Positions 12,350-26,653 of a DNA stretch of 64,000 nucleotides are shown here, one piece after another (within the stretch, counting starts at the first letter, position 1; each line of letters begins with the position of its first letter). The DNA comes from an uncultured delta proteobacterium (lineage in GTDB: Bacteria > Myxococcota_A > Polyangia > Fen-1088), in the NCBI GenBank assembly GCA_963755125.1, contig CAVWIP010000012.1:224001-288000 (forward strand), given 5' to 3'. The translations under genes and the position numbers were made by a program. The notes beneath the pieces are model-generated. The model was not told the DNA's origin, made no database searches, and was given only the letters and a program-made list of their open reading frames with translations.

Positions 12350-12422
12350 TGGAGCGTAAGGGGTTCGAACCCTCGACCCCCGGCTTGCAAAGCCGGTGCT
12401 CTCCCAGCTGAGCTAACGCCCC
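12350..12422 (-). tRNA. tRNA-Ala(TGC)
   Basis: GGGGCGTTAGCTCAGCTGGGAGAGCACCGGCTTTGCAAGCCGG...GGTTCGAACCC...GCTCCA, followed by CCG rather than CCA. Confidence 0.97.
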
Positions 12423-12464
12423 AGGAATCTCTTGGGGCTATCTCTGTTGCACCGCCGCAAGCGG

Positions 12465-12538
<74 letters not shown>

Positions 12539-12684
12539 AGGTTTTGCTTTGTTGAACAATCACCTCACCAGGCTATTCAGTTGACAAACCATTCGGTCTC
12601 TCAAAGCCGAACAGCAAAACCGAGAAGAGCGAAACCTTGATACTGACCTGACTAGAGGAACCCCGAAGAGCTCCCCATGTCTCC

Positions 12685-14249
<1,565 letters not shown>

Positions 14250-14374
14250 AATTCTCACATACGGCCTTTCGACCGCATGCTGTAACTGATTCGATCCTCC
14301 GGAGATCTTGCGATCCCCGAGTTGCGTTCTCGTATCACTCAAAGTTTCGGGGCCGAATCCACTCGTCGATTCAG

Positions 14375-14399
14375 GAAAGAACCCTGAGAGGGTTCTTTC
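14375..14399. repeat. REP-like core hairpin in the rRNA leader
   Basis: GAAAGAACCCTGAGAGGGTTCTTTC, a perfect 11-bp stem. Confidence 0.8.
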
Positions 14400-14508
14400 A
14401 GAATGGCAAGGGAATCGGCATTTCTTCTCAGTTTGCTATTCAGCTTTCAAAGACCGAACGACCCTACCGCTGGAAGCCGACCACCGGCTACCCGCGGAGG
14501 GGATGGGA

Positions 14509-14545
14509 AGATTATGTATCCGCGGGCAAAAGTCAACAAAAAATC
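14509..14545 (-). promoter_or_regulatory. sigma70-type rRNA promoter
   Basis: Minus strand TTGACT (14531-14536), 16-bp spacer, TAATCT (14509-14514), T-tract upstream. A boxA-like GGTCTTTGAAAG lies near 14445. Confidence 0.65.
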
Positions 14546-14577
14546 CCAGACGCGCCCGGTCGGCCACCCACGGCCCG

Positions 14578-15567
14578 CTATCTCTTGCCCGCGAGGAGCT
14601 GCGCTGCCTCTTTGGCGTGATAACTCACGACAAAATCGGCACCCGCCCTCCGTACAGATGTAAGAGTTTCCACCATCGCTCGGTCGTAGTCAAGGAGACC
14701 TTTTTGGCCAGCGAGCTTGAGCATCGAATACTCGCCCGACACGTTGTATGCGGCGACTGGCACGTCGAATTCACGGCGCACCTCGCCTATGACGTCAAGG
14801 CAGGGCAGTGCGGGCTTGACCATGACGATGTCCGCCCCTTCTTCCACGTCGAGCGCCACCTCGCGGATCGCTTCACGGATATTCGCCACATCCATCTGGT
14901 ATCCCCGACGGTCGCCGAAGGATGGCGCTGAAGCCACGGCCTCGCGGAATGGCCCATAGAAGGCTGACGCGTACTTGGCCGCGTAGGACAGCAGGATGAC
15001 GTCTTGCTGCTCGGCCTCGTCCAATGTTTCACGCAGAAAGCCGATCATCCCGTCCATCATCCCAGATGGAGCCACGATGTCTGCGCCCGCCTGGGCTTGG
15101 GCCAGAGCCGCCCGGCCCAGGTTTTCCAGGGTGGCATCGTTGTCGACCACGCCTCCCTTCTTCTCCAAGATGACGCCGCAGTGGCCGTGGGTCGTGTACT
15201 CACAGAAGCAGCAGTCAGCGACCACGACGAGTTCGGGGACGGTCTTCTTGATGGCGCGAATGGCACGCTGGACGATGCCTTCCGGGTGCCACGCCTCGCT
15301 TCCCACCGAGTCCTTTCGCTCCGGCAGACCGAACAGGATCACCGCCGGGATACCGAGGTTGGCGACAGCTTCCGCCTCACGCGAAAGCTGGTCCACGGAG
15401 AAGTGGAATTGTCCGGGCAGCGATGCGATCTCGCGGCGTACTCCTTTGCCGGGGCACGCGAAGAGCGGAAAGACCAGATTGTCGACGGAGAGCGCCGTCT
15501 CGCGAACCATTCGACGTAGGGCTTCGGTGCGGCGCAGTCGCCGGGGCCGGTTCTCTGGGAATGACAT
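14578..15567 (-). CDS. hemB: Porphobilinogen synthase (ALA dehydratase)
   Basis: [53 protein letters not shown]. Confidence 0.97.
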   Translation of the reverse strand: MSFPENRPRRLRRTEALRRMVRETALSVDNLVFPLFACPGKGVRREIASLPGQFHFSVDQLSREAEAVANLGIPAVILFGLPERKDSVGSEAWHPEGIVQRAIRAIKKTVPELVVVADCCFCEYTTHGHCGVILEKKGGVVDNDATLENLGRAALAQAQAGADIVAPSGMMDGMIGFLRETLDEAEQQDVILLSYAAKYASAFYGPFREAVASAPSFGDRRGYQMDVANIREAIREVALDVEEGADIVMVKPALPCLDVIGEVRREFDVPVAAYNVSGEYSMLKLAGQKGLLDYDRAMVETLTSVRRAGADFVVSYHAKEAAQLLAGKR

Positions 15568-15568
15568 G

Positions 15569-16324
15569 CTAGTGGCCTCCGTTTGGTGAATATGTGCGGG
15601 CAATCGCCGAAATCAGCGCATCGATGTTTGGCTCCTTGGCAACCACCGGCGAGAGTCCATGGCGGACTGCCTCGGCTGCTGTGGTGGGCCCGATTACCGC
15701 GACGGTCTTGCTCGCCAGGAAACTGGTACCGTGCTTCTCCACGAAGGCACGCAACGCCGACGGGCTCGCGAAAATCGCGACGTCAAAGACCGGCGGGGGT
15801 GGCAGCGGACTGAGTGGAGCCGTCTGGTAGGCGGCGACCACGTCAACTTGGCACCCTCGGTCGCGCAGGGCCTCTATCAGCGCATCGCGACCGGCAAAGG
15901 CATGTGGGAAGAGCAGGCGGGCGCCGGTTTCGAGGTTGCGGAAAGCATCCATGAGGCCATCCTGGCGCTGGTCCGAGGGCACAAGATCGACGTGGGCTCC
16001 CGCCTTTTCAAGCGCCCGTGCGGTTTCCCTGCCCACTGCGGCCACGCGCGGGCGAGCCGAGCCAGTCGGAAAGCGGCCGCCATCCATGCGTGAGGCAGTG
16101 AACGAAACCGCGGGCTTGCTGGTGAAGATGATCCAGTCGTAGCACCCAAACTGCCGGAGCGCCTGGTCCAGTGCCTCCCAGGATGGAGGAGGCAGCACCT
16201 CTATCGTCGGATAGGGAATCACGGTGGCGCCCACTGCTGACAGAGCCGCCGCCCAGTTGTCAGCCTCGCTGCGCGCCGGCCGAGTCACGAGCACGCGGAG
16301 TCCTTCAAGCAGCGGCCGTGACAT
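15569..16324 (-). CDS. hemD: Uroporphyrinogen-III synthase
   Basis: [35 protein letters not shown]. Directly upstream of hemB. Confidence 0.9.
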   Translation of the reverse strand: MSRPLLEGLRVLVTRPARSEADNWAAALSAVGATVIPYPTIEVLPPPSWEALDQALRQFGCYDWIIFTSKPAVSFTASRMDGGRFPTGSARPRVAAVGRETARALEKAGAHVDLVPSDQRQDGLMDAFRNLETGARLLFPHAFAGRDALIEALRDRGCQVDVVAAYQTAPLSPLPPPPVFDVAIFASPSALRAFVEKHGTSFLASKTVAVIGPTTAAEAVRHGLSPVVAKEPNIDALISAIARTYSPNGGH

Positions 16325-16354
16325 GACGAGAATTCCGCGCTCTATGCCGCGTGA

Positions 16355-16951
16355 CTACTCTTCCAGTTCGACATTCCAGTACGACGCGTTGGCGAGGTCC
16401 AGGAAAGGCAGCCATTCGCGGTAGCGCACGCCATCGCCGGAGGTGCGGAAGGTCGGGGTCCAGTGGGGACGGGTCGGTGCGCGGAGAAGGTGCATTCTGG
16501 CCTGCTCCGGAGTCCGCGCGCCCTTGGCCAGGTTGCAGTCCACGCAGCAACAGACGACATTTTCCCAGGTGGTGCGACCGCCCTGGGATCGAGGCTTGAC
16601 ATGGTCCAGATTCAGATCCGAGCGGGCGAGTTGCCGGCCGCAGTACTGGCAGGTGTTGGCGTCTCGCGTGTAGATATTGTGGCGCGAGAACCGGACCTTG
16701 GCCTTCGGGATGCGGTCATAAAGCTGCAACATGATCACGCGCGGCACGCGGATGGCGCGATTGACAGTGTGAATGACGTCGTCGCCGGTCTCGGCGGAGA
16801 GCTGCGACCAGCTATCGAAGTCGAACATCCGAAACTGCCGGTCGACGGCCTGCGCCGCGCCCAGATACAGCAGGCTGAAGGCCCGTTTCACGTTTGTGAC
16901 GTGGATAGGCTGGAAGCTCCGGTTGAGGACAAGGACGGCCGAGTTGATCAC
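16355..16951 (-). CDS. HNH endonuclease (McrA/HNH_5-like)
   Basis: VLVLN...FSRHNIYTRDANTCQYCG...LNLDHVKPRSQGGRTTWENVVCCCVDCNLAKG. Confidence 0.92.
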   Translation of the reverse strand: MINSAVLVLNRSFQPIHVTNVKRAFSLLYLGAAQAVDRQFRMFDFDSWSQLSAETGDDVIHTVNRAIRVPRVIMLQLYDRIPKAKVRFSRHNIYTRDANTCQYCGRQLARSDLNLDHVKPRSQGGRTTWENVVCCCVDCNLAKGARTPEQARMHLLRAPTRPHWTPTFRTSGDGVRYREWLPFLDLANASYWNVELEE

Positions 16952-17158
16952 GACGCGTCCGTTCTGGTGCTGCCTACCGCGAACACCTTGGCCATTGACG
17001 CGAAGTAGAGGCCATTCCTTTCCCCTGCGCCGCGCCTACGCGAAGCGTCTATTAGGGGTATCGACCGCCGGAGCGGCCACGGATTGCTGGCCGCGCTCAT
17101 GGGCCGTGATGCTAACAGAGCGAAGCCGGGACGGCAAAGGCTGTAAAATGCCAGCGCC

Positions 17159-19360
17159 TTGAACACCCAAACGCTGTCCGCATTGGTTGCCGCGATCGTC
17201 AGCCTGGCGATCGGTGGCGCCGTGCTTCTGCGTGAACCGCGGAGGGCGGTTCATGTCCTTTTCGCGACGTTCGCCTTCAATATCGCGGTCGAGAAGCTCC
17301 TGTCCTTCTTTTCCACCGGCGCGGCCGAGCCTGACTCTCTCATCAGGTGGGCCGTCATGGCCGCCACGGTATCGCTTCCGGCGACCGCGCAACGGTTCTT
17401 CCAGGCCTTCCTCGGCGACGAGGCTGGGCCGCCGCCACTCTCCCGCACCACCGTCGTCGGTGCGGGACTGCTCTACCTGGCGCTTCTGCTGAGTCGCTTT
17501 CTCGCCGCACCCATTCACACCGCCCTGTGGTTCCACGCGGCCCTGGTCATCTATGTCTTCGTTGGCCTCTACCTGTCCGTCTACTACCTCTATCGTCGCT
17601 ACCGAGGCACACCGTCGCGGGTCGAGAAGATCCGGCTACTCTACCTTCTGATCGGTGGCGTGGCGACGGTGACGGCGGCGTTGCTGGATCTCATTCCCGG
17701 CGCGCCATCGTTCGGGAACATCTTCATCACCATCTATCTCTATTTCCTGTCCCAGACTCTGGCCCGCTACCGCTTGCTCGACCTCAACGAGTTGCTCGGC
17801 CGCATGGTGGTGCTGGCCACCCTGGTCATGATCGCCACGGTCATCTACGGCCTCCTCTTGGTGAAGTGGGTCGAGCTCGACGAGCTGGGTGTGTTCTTTC
17901 TCAATGCCCTGGTGGCATCGACCGCGATCATCATCGTGTTCGAGCCCTTGCGCACGCGGCTGGAGCGCGTGGTGAATCGCTGGATGTTTCAGGAGAAGTA
18001 CGAGCTGTTCCGGCGCATCGAAACCCTGCGCACGGACCTGATGAACGTCATCGACGTGCGCGATCTGGTGCCGCGCGTGCTTTCTGCGCTTGAGGCTTCC
18101 CGCCGGGTCACCCACGCTTCGCTCTACACGGTCGACCCTGACGGCTCGGCCTACGAGCTGGCCGGTCATGTCGGACCGCGGCCCGAGGGACGTTTGGACG
18201 CGGTTGCCTATCGCGCCTTTCTCGAGCGGCTGCGCCGCGCCGGTGTGGTGTCCATCGAGGGACTTGAGCGAGAGCTGGCGGCCCTGCGCAACACCCAGAG
18301 CGAGGAGCGCGAGAGCCTCCTACTCATGGTGCGCGCCCTGGAGCTGCTCAACGCTTCGGTCGTGCTGGCCGTGATAGGCGAGGAGCAACTTCTTGGCATG
18401 CTGTCTCTGCGCGATGAGCGCCTGCGCGAGGCCTATTCCTCGGAAGAGATCGAGCTGTTTCGCGGGGTGGCTGCGTCGATCGGGGTCACCTTGCAGAACT
18501 CGCAGGTGTACGAGCGTATGAAGGAACGCGATCGCTTGGCCGCGCTCGGCCAGATGGCGGCCGGCCTCGCCCATGAAATCCGCAACCCACTGGGATCGAT
18601 CAAAGGCGCGGCCCAGTTTCTGCAACCCACCGGGTCGCAGCCGTCAGATGCCGGTGGCACGCGCGAATTCTTGGACATCATCGTCGAAGAAGTCGATCGG
18701 CTGAACAAGATCGTGTCGCAGTTTCTCGACTACGCGCGGCCCTATCGTGGCGACCAGAATCCACTCGACATCAACGACGTGGTTCGCAAGACGCTGCACC
18801 TCATCGACAAGGAACGCAGCGCCGGGGTGGATATCTCGACCAGCTTCATCGAGGGACTTCCCCCGGTGCGGGCCGATGCTCAGCAGCTACGGCAGGTGTT
18901 TCTCAACCTGACGTTCAATGCGCTCGAGGCCATGCCCCAGGGAGGCAAGCTGCACGTGTCAACCAGCTTGCGCCGATCCACGCGCCGGGGCGCAGCGGCT
19001 GCATTCCTGGAAATTCGTTTCCGCGACACCGGCGTGGGAATCCCGCCGGGGGATCAGCGCAACCTTTTCATTCCCTTCTTCACCACCAAAGAACGCGGCA
19101 CCGGGCTGGGTCTGCCCATAAGCCAGCGCATCATCGAGAACCACGGTGGAACCATTGAGGTGCGGTCGCAGGCGGGCGCCGGCTCGACGTTTTCCGTGCT
19201 CTTGCCGGTGGAGGCCGACGCCTATGCCTCTTACGCGGAATCCAAGAAAGGCCCGCCGCCCCTGCCGGGCTCCGGCCCCATCCCGCTGTCGCCGCCCGCG
19301 GTTATCTCCTCGGCACCGGCCCTCGCGGCATCGCCGCCGGTGCCCTCTGGGTTGAAATGA
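17159..19360 (+). CDS. Membrane sensor histidine kinase (multi-TM + GAF-like + HisKA + HATPase)
   Basis: H-box GLAHEIRNPL, N-box QVFLNL..NA, DTGVGI, FFTTK..GTGLGL. Confidence 0.93.
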   Translation: MNTQTLSALVAAIVSLAIGGAVLLREPRRAVHVLFATFAFNIAVEKLLSFFSTGAAEPDSLIRWAVMAATVSLPATAQRFFQAFLGDEAGPPPLSRTTVVGAGLLYLALLLSRFLAAPIHTALWFHAALVIYVFVGLYLSVYYLYRRYRGTPSRVEKIRLLYLLIGGVATVTAALLDLIPGAPSFGNIFITIYLYFLSQTLARYRLLDLNELLGRMVVLATLVMIATVIYGLLLVKWVELDELGVFFLNALVASTAIIIVFEPLRTRLERVVNRWMFQEKYELFRRIETLRTDLMNVIDVRDLVPRVLSALEASRRVTHASLYTVDPDGSAYELAGHVGPRPEGRLDAVAYRAFLERLRRAGVVSIEGLERELAALRNTQSEERESLLLMVRALELLNASVVLAVIGEEQLLGMLSLRDERLREAYSSEEIELFRGVAASIGVTLQNSQVYERMKERDRLAALGQMAAGLAHEIRNPLGSIKGAAQFLQPTGSQPSDAGGTREFLDIIVEEVDRLNKIVSQFLDYARPYRGDQNPLDINDVVRKTLHLIDKERSAGVDISTSFIEGLPPVRADAQQLRQVFLNLTFNALEAMPQGGKLHVSTSLRRSTRRGAAAAFLEIRFRDTGVGIPPGDQRNLFIPFFTTKERGTGLGLPISQRIIENHGGTIEVRSQAGAGSTFSVLLPVEADAYASYAESKKGPPPLPGSGPIPLSPPAVISSAPALAASPPVPSGLK

Positions 19361-19374
19361 GCTAACGTCAGGCC

Positions 19375-20832
<1,458 letters not shown>

Positions 20833-20865
20833 CGAGCGCAGCGATATACCCAAGATCCCTCGTGC

Positions 20866-22140
20866 TTGTGGTATCGTCGAAGCCGCATCGTGCGAGGGAC
20901 TGGCATACGCATCGTTGGCCTTCTGGCCCTGGTTCTGGTCGGCCTGACCGGGTTGGCCCAGGCCGCCGAGGAAACTCCTGTGGTGACCGGGCGTCTTCCC
21001 GCCCGCGAGTGGATGGACTGGACCGTCTCTCTCAGCTACCTGCACGAGCAAGAGCACGGAGCGTTGAAGCGGGAGGATGAGGTGCAGGATACCGGGGGGA
21101 TCGGGCTGGTGAGTGATCTGCTTTACCAGCACAGCCGGGACGTGATGCAGCTTCGCGGCGAGGCGGGACTGGTCAAGGACCTGAGCCTCTTCGCGGTGCT
21201 GTCCATCGTGGTGGCGGACCAGCGCTCGCTCGATTTCGACCGGACCAACGACTGCGCGGCCGTTCCCAGCCCCTGCGTGGACGCGAGCAACTCGACCACG
21301 TTTCGCGACGGCATCCTTTCTGGGAACGGGACTCCACCCGGCTCGGGAACCGCGTTCCGCGGTCCCACACGGCATGGCGTAGAGTACCTGGCCTTGGGGG
21401 CAAACTGGGCCGTGTTCAACCAGGCCCGCGACGACACCAAGCCCACCTGGATCCTGCGCTTCGAGACGCGGTTGTCCGTGGCGGACGACATGCGTTTCGA
21501 TCCGGCGGCTCCCACGAAGAACACGGCCGTGGGGCCTGGCTACCACCAGTTCATCCTGTCCACGTTGTTCTCGCGACGCTTCGGCCCGCTGGAACCCTAT
21601 TCAGGAGGCTGGGTCGTGCTCCCGGTGCTGACATCGGGTAGTCCATTTTCCGCGCCCGGCCTGAGCGGTGGAGCGCAGAAACGCCTGGGCTTCGAAACCG
21701 GCGCGGAAGCGACCCTGTGGGAAGACAAACAGGCCCACCACCGAGTCGCCTACGAGTTGCGGGGTCAAGCGGAATTGCGCTTGGATGGTCTGGAGCAGGG
21801 CCCTCTCTGGGAGGCGTTGTCTGGCGATCCGAGCTGCGGCCCCAACAATACGGCCGCCTGCCGGCCCGGCGTGGACCAGAACAGCAACGGCGTTGCCAGC
21901 CCGAATCCCGGGGTCACGCGTAGCCCGAGTTACGGCCAGATAGGTGGCGACACGGGCCTCATCATTCGCATCGGGCCGCACGCGCGCCTGCGCAGTCTTT
22001 TCGGTCTGTTCTGGCAGCAGTCGCACGATCTGACGGACGGCTCGTCGGGCAACGCCGTGTACGACGTGCCCGGCCGGCGCTACCGCGTCGAGAACGCGTA
22101 CTCCTGGCGGATCCTGGTCGACGGCGGCGTGGTTTTCTAG
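20866..22140 (+). CDS. Exported, probable outer-membrane protein of unknown function
   Basis: Signal peptide (...GLAQA), amphipathic beta-strands and C-terminal Phe. Confidence 0.65.
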   Translation: MWYRRSRIVRGTGIRIVGLLALVLVGLTGLAQAAEETPVVTGRLPAREWMDWTVSLSYLHEQEHGALKREDEVQDTGGIGLVSDLLYQHSRDVMQLRGEAGLVKDLSLFAVLSIVVADQRSLDFDRTNDCAAVPSPCVDASNSTTFRDGILSGNGTPPGSGTAFRGPTRHGVEYLALGANWAVFNQARDDTKPTWILRFETRLSVADDMRFDPAAPTKNTAVGPGYHQFILSTLFSRRFGPLEPYSGGWVVLPVLTSGSPFSAPGLSGGAQKRLGFETGAEATLWEDKQAHHRVAYELRGQAELRLDGLEQGPLWEALSGDPSCGPNNTAACRPGVDQNSNGVASPNPGVTRSPSYGQIGGDTGLIIRIGPHARLRSLFGLFWQQSHDLTDGSSGNAVYDVPGRRYRVENAYSWRILVDGGVVF

Positions 22141-22143
22141 CCG

Positions 22144-23022
22144 CTATTCGCGCGTCCGCAGGTCCAGCACCAGCCGGTAGGTCTCTCGCCGCGGGCGACT
22201 GGTTTCGCTGGCCAAAGCGTCGGCCGCATCGCGCGCCGACAAACCTGACGCCAGGAGAGCCCGCGCGCGCGCGCGCATGTCCTCGTCGCGTTGCCCGTCG
22301 GCTTGCGGGTCCTGTGCGGAAGCGCCACCCACCAACAGGGTCACCTCGCCCAGGGGACGTTCGCTCGCGTAGCGAGATGCAAGTTCGGCCAGCGTGCCGC
22401 GCACGAATTCCTCGTGCGTTTTGGTCAGCTCGCGCGCCACACAGGCGGGCCGGTCCTTGCCCAGGATAGCGGACAAGTCGGCCAGGGTGGCCGCGACTCG
22501 ATGGGGCGATTCGAAGAAGACCAGGGTGGCGGGCAGCGACCGAAGCTGAGCGAGCAGACCCTGGCGTGCGCCGGTCTTGCGCGGGGGAAATCCCACGAAG
22601 AAGAAGCGATCGGTGGGCAGGCCGGAGGCCACCAGCGCGGCCAGCACCGCCGAGGGCCCTGGCACGGGCACCACGCGCGCGCCGGCCGCAATCGCCGCAC
22701 GCACGACGCGGTAGCCGGGATCGGACACGCTGGGGGTTCCCGCCTCAGAGAGGAGCGCGATGCTCGCACCCGAGCGCAGCAAGGCCGCCGCTTGCGCGGC
22801 ACGCGCGGGTTCGTTGGCATCGAAGCACGACTGCGTGCGACGGTCGATGCCGTGCCCATCGAGCAGTCTTCGCGCCGAGCGGGTGTCTTCGGCCAGCACC
22901 AGATCCGCGGTGCGCAGGGTTTCCAGCGCCCGCGGTGAGAGATCCTGGGTGTTGCCGATGGACGAAGCCACAACATAGAGCGTGCCAGCGTGAGATTCGG
23001 TCAATAGCTTCTCCGTCGCCAT
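22144..23022 (-). CDS. rsmI: 16S rRNA (C1402-2'-O)-methyltransferase
   Basis: LYVVASSIGN, AEDTR, SEAGTPSVSDPG, FESPHR, RELTKTHEE. Confidence 0.95.
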   Translation of the reverse strand: MATEKLLTESHAGTLYVVASSIGNTQDLSPRALETLRTADLVLAEDTRSARRLLDGHGIDRRTQSCFDANEPARAAQAAALLRSGASIALLSEAGTPSVSDPGYRVVRAAIAAGARVVPVPGPSAVLAALVASGLPTDRFFFVGFPPRKTGARQGLLAQLRSLPATLVFFESPHRVAATLADLSAILGKDRPACVARELTKTHEEFVRGTLAELASRYASERPLGEVTLLVGGASAQDPQADGQRDEDMRARARALLASGLSARDAADALASETSRPRRETYRLVLDLRTRE

Positions 23023-23170
23023 AGGTCGTGTCCGTCGGCCAAACGCCAGCGGTCACGAAACGCCATGAATCCTCGCACGACGGCGCGGCCCTGTCTTGCT
23101 ATGATTCGCACACACGATGGATCTCCTCGACGATCCAACTTCGACTTCTCCGAAACAACCGGAGTCCTTC

Positions 23171-26100
23171 ATGCGACGCCTACGTAAGACAATCATCCTT
23201 CTAGCGGCCTGCGCCCTCGCCCTGGTTCTCACCATCCAGCACCGCGGTGATGACATACAACTGGTCGCCAACGCCTCACTGTCCGCCGCGGTTCACACCG
23301 ACGGTTCGACCTACGAACTGGCACAGGCCCAGATATTCACCAAGGCGCTGTACTACGTGAACAACCAGTACTTCGACAAGACCCGGCTCGATCCCAGGCG
23401 CATGCTGGTGGGCGCGCTGGACTTCTTGCAGCGGGACGTGCCGGAAATTCTGGTCGACCGCTTTCCCGAGCAGGATCCCAAGCAGGTCACGGTGCGGGTC
23501 AACGGCGAGCAGAAGACGTTTCCCGTCGAGCGCGTGGATTCGCCCTGGACCCTGCGCAGCACGCTGCAGGACATCTTTCGCTTTATCCAACCGCGCTTGC
23601 AGCCCGTGGCGGCCAAGGATGCGGCCCGCCACCTGGTCGAGATCGAGATGACCGCGACCAACGGCATGCTTTACACATTGGATCCGCACTCGGTTTTGCT
23701 CGACGTGGACAGCTACAAGGACATGCGCACCACCACGCAGGGCAAGTTCGGCGGGCTGGGCATCGTCATCGAAATGGATCGCAAGGGGCGCATCCTGGTC
23801 AAGAAGCCCATGCCGGATACCCCGGCCATTCGCGCCGGGCTCAAGGCCAAGGACCACATCGTCCGCATCAACAACGAGTCGACCATCAACATGACCCTGC
23901 AAGAGGCGGTGGATCGGCTGCGCGGCGAGGTGGGTGCGCCGGTCGACGTGTACATCGAGCGGGCCAGTGCGCCGGCGGCAAAGAAGTTCACCATCGTTCG
24001 CGATTTCATCCACCCGCCCGCCATCGACCCGCCGCCGCGCGTGCTCGCGGTTCCCGCGAGCGCCGGGCAACCCGCTGCCAAGGTCGGCTACTTCCGCGTG
24101 ATCAGCTTCTCGGCCAACACCGAGAGCGACCTCAGCCGGGCTTTGGCCTTCTTCGACCGGGAAAAGGTCAAGGCCATCATCATGGACCTGCGGGGAAATC
24201 CCGGCGGGCTGTACGATCAGGCGCAGAAGGTGGCCGATGCGTTCATCGAGTCGGGCGTCATCGTGTCCATGGTCGGGGTGGGTGGGGCGCAGCGCAAGGA
24301 CGAGCACGCCACCCGCGATGGCGACAGCAAGGTTCCGTTGGCGGTTCTGGTCAGCCAGAACTCGGCCAGCGCTTCCGAGATCGTGGCCGGCGCCATCAAG
24401 AACCTGGACCGCGGGGTCGTCATCGGTGAAACCACTTTCGGCAAGGGCTCGGTGCAGATGCTGTTCGACATCCCATCGCCGGTTCCCTTCGGCAACAAGC
24501 CCGAGGACGACAAGCTGGGGCTAAAGCTGACCACGGCGCAGTACCTGACCCCGGGGGATATCTCCATCCAGGGCGTGGGCGTGACGCCCGATGTGGAGCT
24601 GGTGCGCATGCGGGTGGAGAAGAAGAACGACGAGGCCTGGATCAACTTGCAAAATTCCACGCGACGGCGACAGGAATCGGACTACGAGTGGCATCTGGTG
24701 AGCCCGAGCGTGCGCACGGGCACCAAGCCCGAGGAGGTCGTCTCGTACCTGTATGTGCCGTCAGCCGCTGAATTGCGACGCAGACAAGATCTGGAGGACA
24801 TCGACACCAACTCGCCCGATGACGACGACGACAGCGACACTGCGGAGCCGGAAGAGGATCGCATCGATTTCCCCATCACCCTGGCCCGCGACTTGCTCGC
24901 GCAAGCCCGCACGCCGCGCCGACTGGATCTCGTCAATTCGAGCAAGCCACTCTTCGACAAGGTTCGCGCCGAGGAGGACCGGCGTCTGTCGGCGGCGCTG
25001 GAAAAGCTGGGGGTGGACTGGAGCACCGGTCCAGCCAACCAGGCACCGGGCGAGATTCAGGTGACGCTGGCGGTGGCCACGGGCGAGGCCCAGGTGAAGG
25101 CGGGCAACCCCGTCAAGATCCGCGGCACGGTGAAAAACGTGGGAGCCACCACGGTCTACCGGGTGCGCGCGGTCCTCAAGAGCGACAACCCGCTGTTCGA
25201 TGAGAACGAGATGGTATTCGGCAAGATCGCCCCGGGAGCGAGCAAGACCTACGACCTCACCGTGAAAGCGCCCAAGAGCAGCCTCACGCGCACCGACGTC
25301 ATCCGGGCCGAAATGTCCGGGCAGGGCGCGCTCACCGCCAACAGTCCCGAGATGACCCTCAACATCGAGGGCAAGGCGCACCCGCTCTTCGCCTACAGCT
25401 ACCAAACCATCGACGACGTGGCCGGGAATCGCGACGGCCAGGTGCAGAGGGGCGAACGCGTGCGCACGCTGGTGAAGGTGAAGAACATCGGGCAGGGCGC
25501 GGCGCTGCGGACCGAGGCCATCCTGCGCAACGGGTCCGGGCAAGAAGGGATCCTGATCAGCGCCGGTCGCTTCGAAAGCAAGGACCTAGCCCCGGGAGCC
25601 AGCCGCACGTTCACCTTCGTCTACGAGGTCGGCGCTGATTACCGTGGGGATGACTACCAGCTCGACCTGGTGGTGGCCGACACCGTTCTCGGGGAATCGG
25701 TGACCGACAAGATCAAGGTCAAGCTAGCGCCGGCTGGGCCTGCCCCTGCGGCCGAGGACCAGCCTGTCACCATCACGCGTTCCGAGGCGACTCTGCGCGA
25801 GGCGCCCGCCGACAATGCCCTGATCGTGGGTCATGCGCCGAAAGGAACCGTGTGGAGAAGCACCGGCCGCATCGGGGCCTTCCAGCGGGTGGAGATCGAG
25901 AGCGGCCGGCCGGCGTTCGTGGCTGCGGCGGATGTTGCGCCGGGCGGTTCGCTCCACGGCAGCTTCGTCCCCGAGTGGCAGGTGACGCCGCCCGTGCTGA
26001 CCGTCAGCGCGCCCACGGTGGTGGCAGGCAACACCGTGCACCTCAAGGCGACAGCCTCGGACGACAGCCAGGTCAAGGACGTCTATATCCGCGTGTGGAA

Positions 26101-26323
26101 CCGCGACTCCAAGCTGCCGCCCAAGAAGGTCTTCTACTTGCCCAACCGAGGAGACAGAACCCATTTGGCCTTCGAGACCGATGTGCCGCTGTGGCCGGGC
26201 AGCAACCTGATCCAGGTCTTCGCCCGCGAGACCAACGAGATCCAGTCGGTGCAGACCGTGGTGGTGCTCGACCGGGGCGCACCCGCGGTGGTGCAGAAGA
26301 CCGCCGGGCAACCGGCGAAGTGA
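23171..26323 (+). CDS. Large S41 carboxy-terminal protease (PDZ + peptidase + Ig-like domains), myxobacterial type
   Basis: LDPHS, GKFGGLGI, DLRGNPGG, SASASEIVAG, TFGKGSVQ. GGAG SD before ATG 23171 (alternative start 23117). Confidence 0.92.
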   Translation: MRRLRKTIILLAACALALVLTIQHRGDDIQLVANASLSAAVHTDGSTYELAQAQIFTKALYYVNNQYFDKTRLDPRRMLVGALDFLQRDVPEILVDRFPEQDPKQVTVRVNGEQKTFPVERVDSPWTLRSTLQDIFRFIQPRLQPVAAKDAARHLVEIEMTATNGMLYTLDPHSVLLDVDSYKDMRTTTQGKFGGLGIVIEMDRKGRILVKKPMPDTPAIRAGLKAKDHIVRINNESTINMTLQEAVDRLRGEVGAPVDVYIERASAPAAKKFTIVRDFIHPPAIDPPPRVLAVPASAGQPAAKVGYFRVISFSANTESDLSRALAFFDREKVKAIIMDLRGNPGGLYDQAQKVADAFIESGVIVSMVGVGGAQRKDEHATRDGDSKVPLAVLVSQNSASASEIVAGAIKNLDRGVVIGETTFGKGSVQMLFDIPSPVPFGNKPEDDKLGLKLTTAQYLTPGDISIQGVGVTPDVELVRMRVEKKNDEAWINLQNSTRRRQESDYEWHLVSPSVRTGTKPEEVVSYLYVPSAAELRRRQDLEDIDTNSPDDDDDSDTAEPEEDRIDFPITLARDLLAQARTPRRLDLVNSSKPLFDKVRAEEDRRLSAALEKLGVDWSTGPANQAPGEIQVTLAVATGEAQVKAGNPVKIRGTVKNVGATTVYRVRAVLKSDNPLFDENEMVFGKIAPGASKTYDLTVKAPKSSLTRTDVIRAEMSGQGALTANSPEMTLNIEGKAHPLFAYSYQTIDDVAGNRDGQVQRGERVRTLVKVKNIGQGAALRTEAILRNGSGQEGILISAGRFESKDLAPGASRTFTFVYEVGADYRGDDYQLDLVVADTVLGESVTDKIKVKLAPAGPAPAAEDQPVTITRSEATLREAPADNALIVGHAPKGTVWRSTGRIGAFQRVEIESGRPAFVAAADVAPGGSLHGSFVPEWQVTPPVLTVSAPTVVAGNTVHLKATASDDSQVKDVYIRVWNRDSKLPPKKVFYLPNRGDRTHLAFETDVPLWPGSNLIQVFARETNEIQSVQTVVVLDRGAPAVVQKTAGQPAK

Positions 26324-26653
26324 AAGGCGAAGGGAAGGGCAACCTGCGCGGGTATTCCGCCCGATGTGCACCCAAGGCAGAGACCATCCCGGGTGCTTCC
26401 GGGCGGCCTCTCCTTTCGTACTCAACAGAAAAGACTGGCAGCGCCCAGGCTAGCGCCACCACCAACACGCGGTCTCGACGAGCATCGAAGTTCGGAGGCA
26501 CGCGTGCATGATGCAGACAGTGTAATCAGAAACCTTCCCTTGTCCAGCCGGCTCAGCGCGGCGAGTGGCTGTACGGACAGCCGTGCGGCCCCAAGGTTGC
26601 ACTGTGCTCTCGCCCGCGATGTTCTGTATAACGACGTGGTGGAAGCCCACGAG

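Noticed and set aside
16355..16951. HNH nuclease as a defence or mobile element
   Set aside because: It is a common stand-alone HNH type co-oriented with hemD/hemB. No methylase, repeats or mobility genes are adjacent.
26324..26650. ncRNA or small gene between the protease and helicase genes
   Set aside because: No recognisable RNA motif or convincing ORF.
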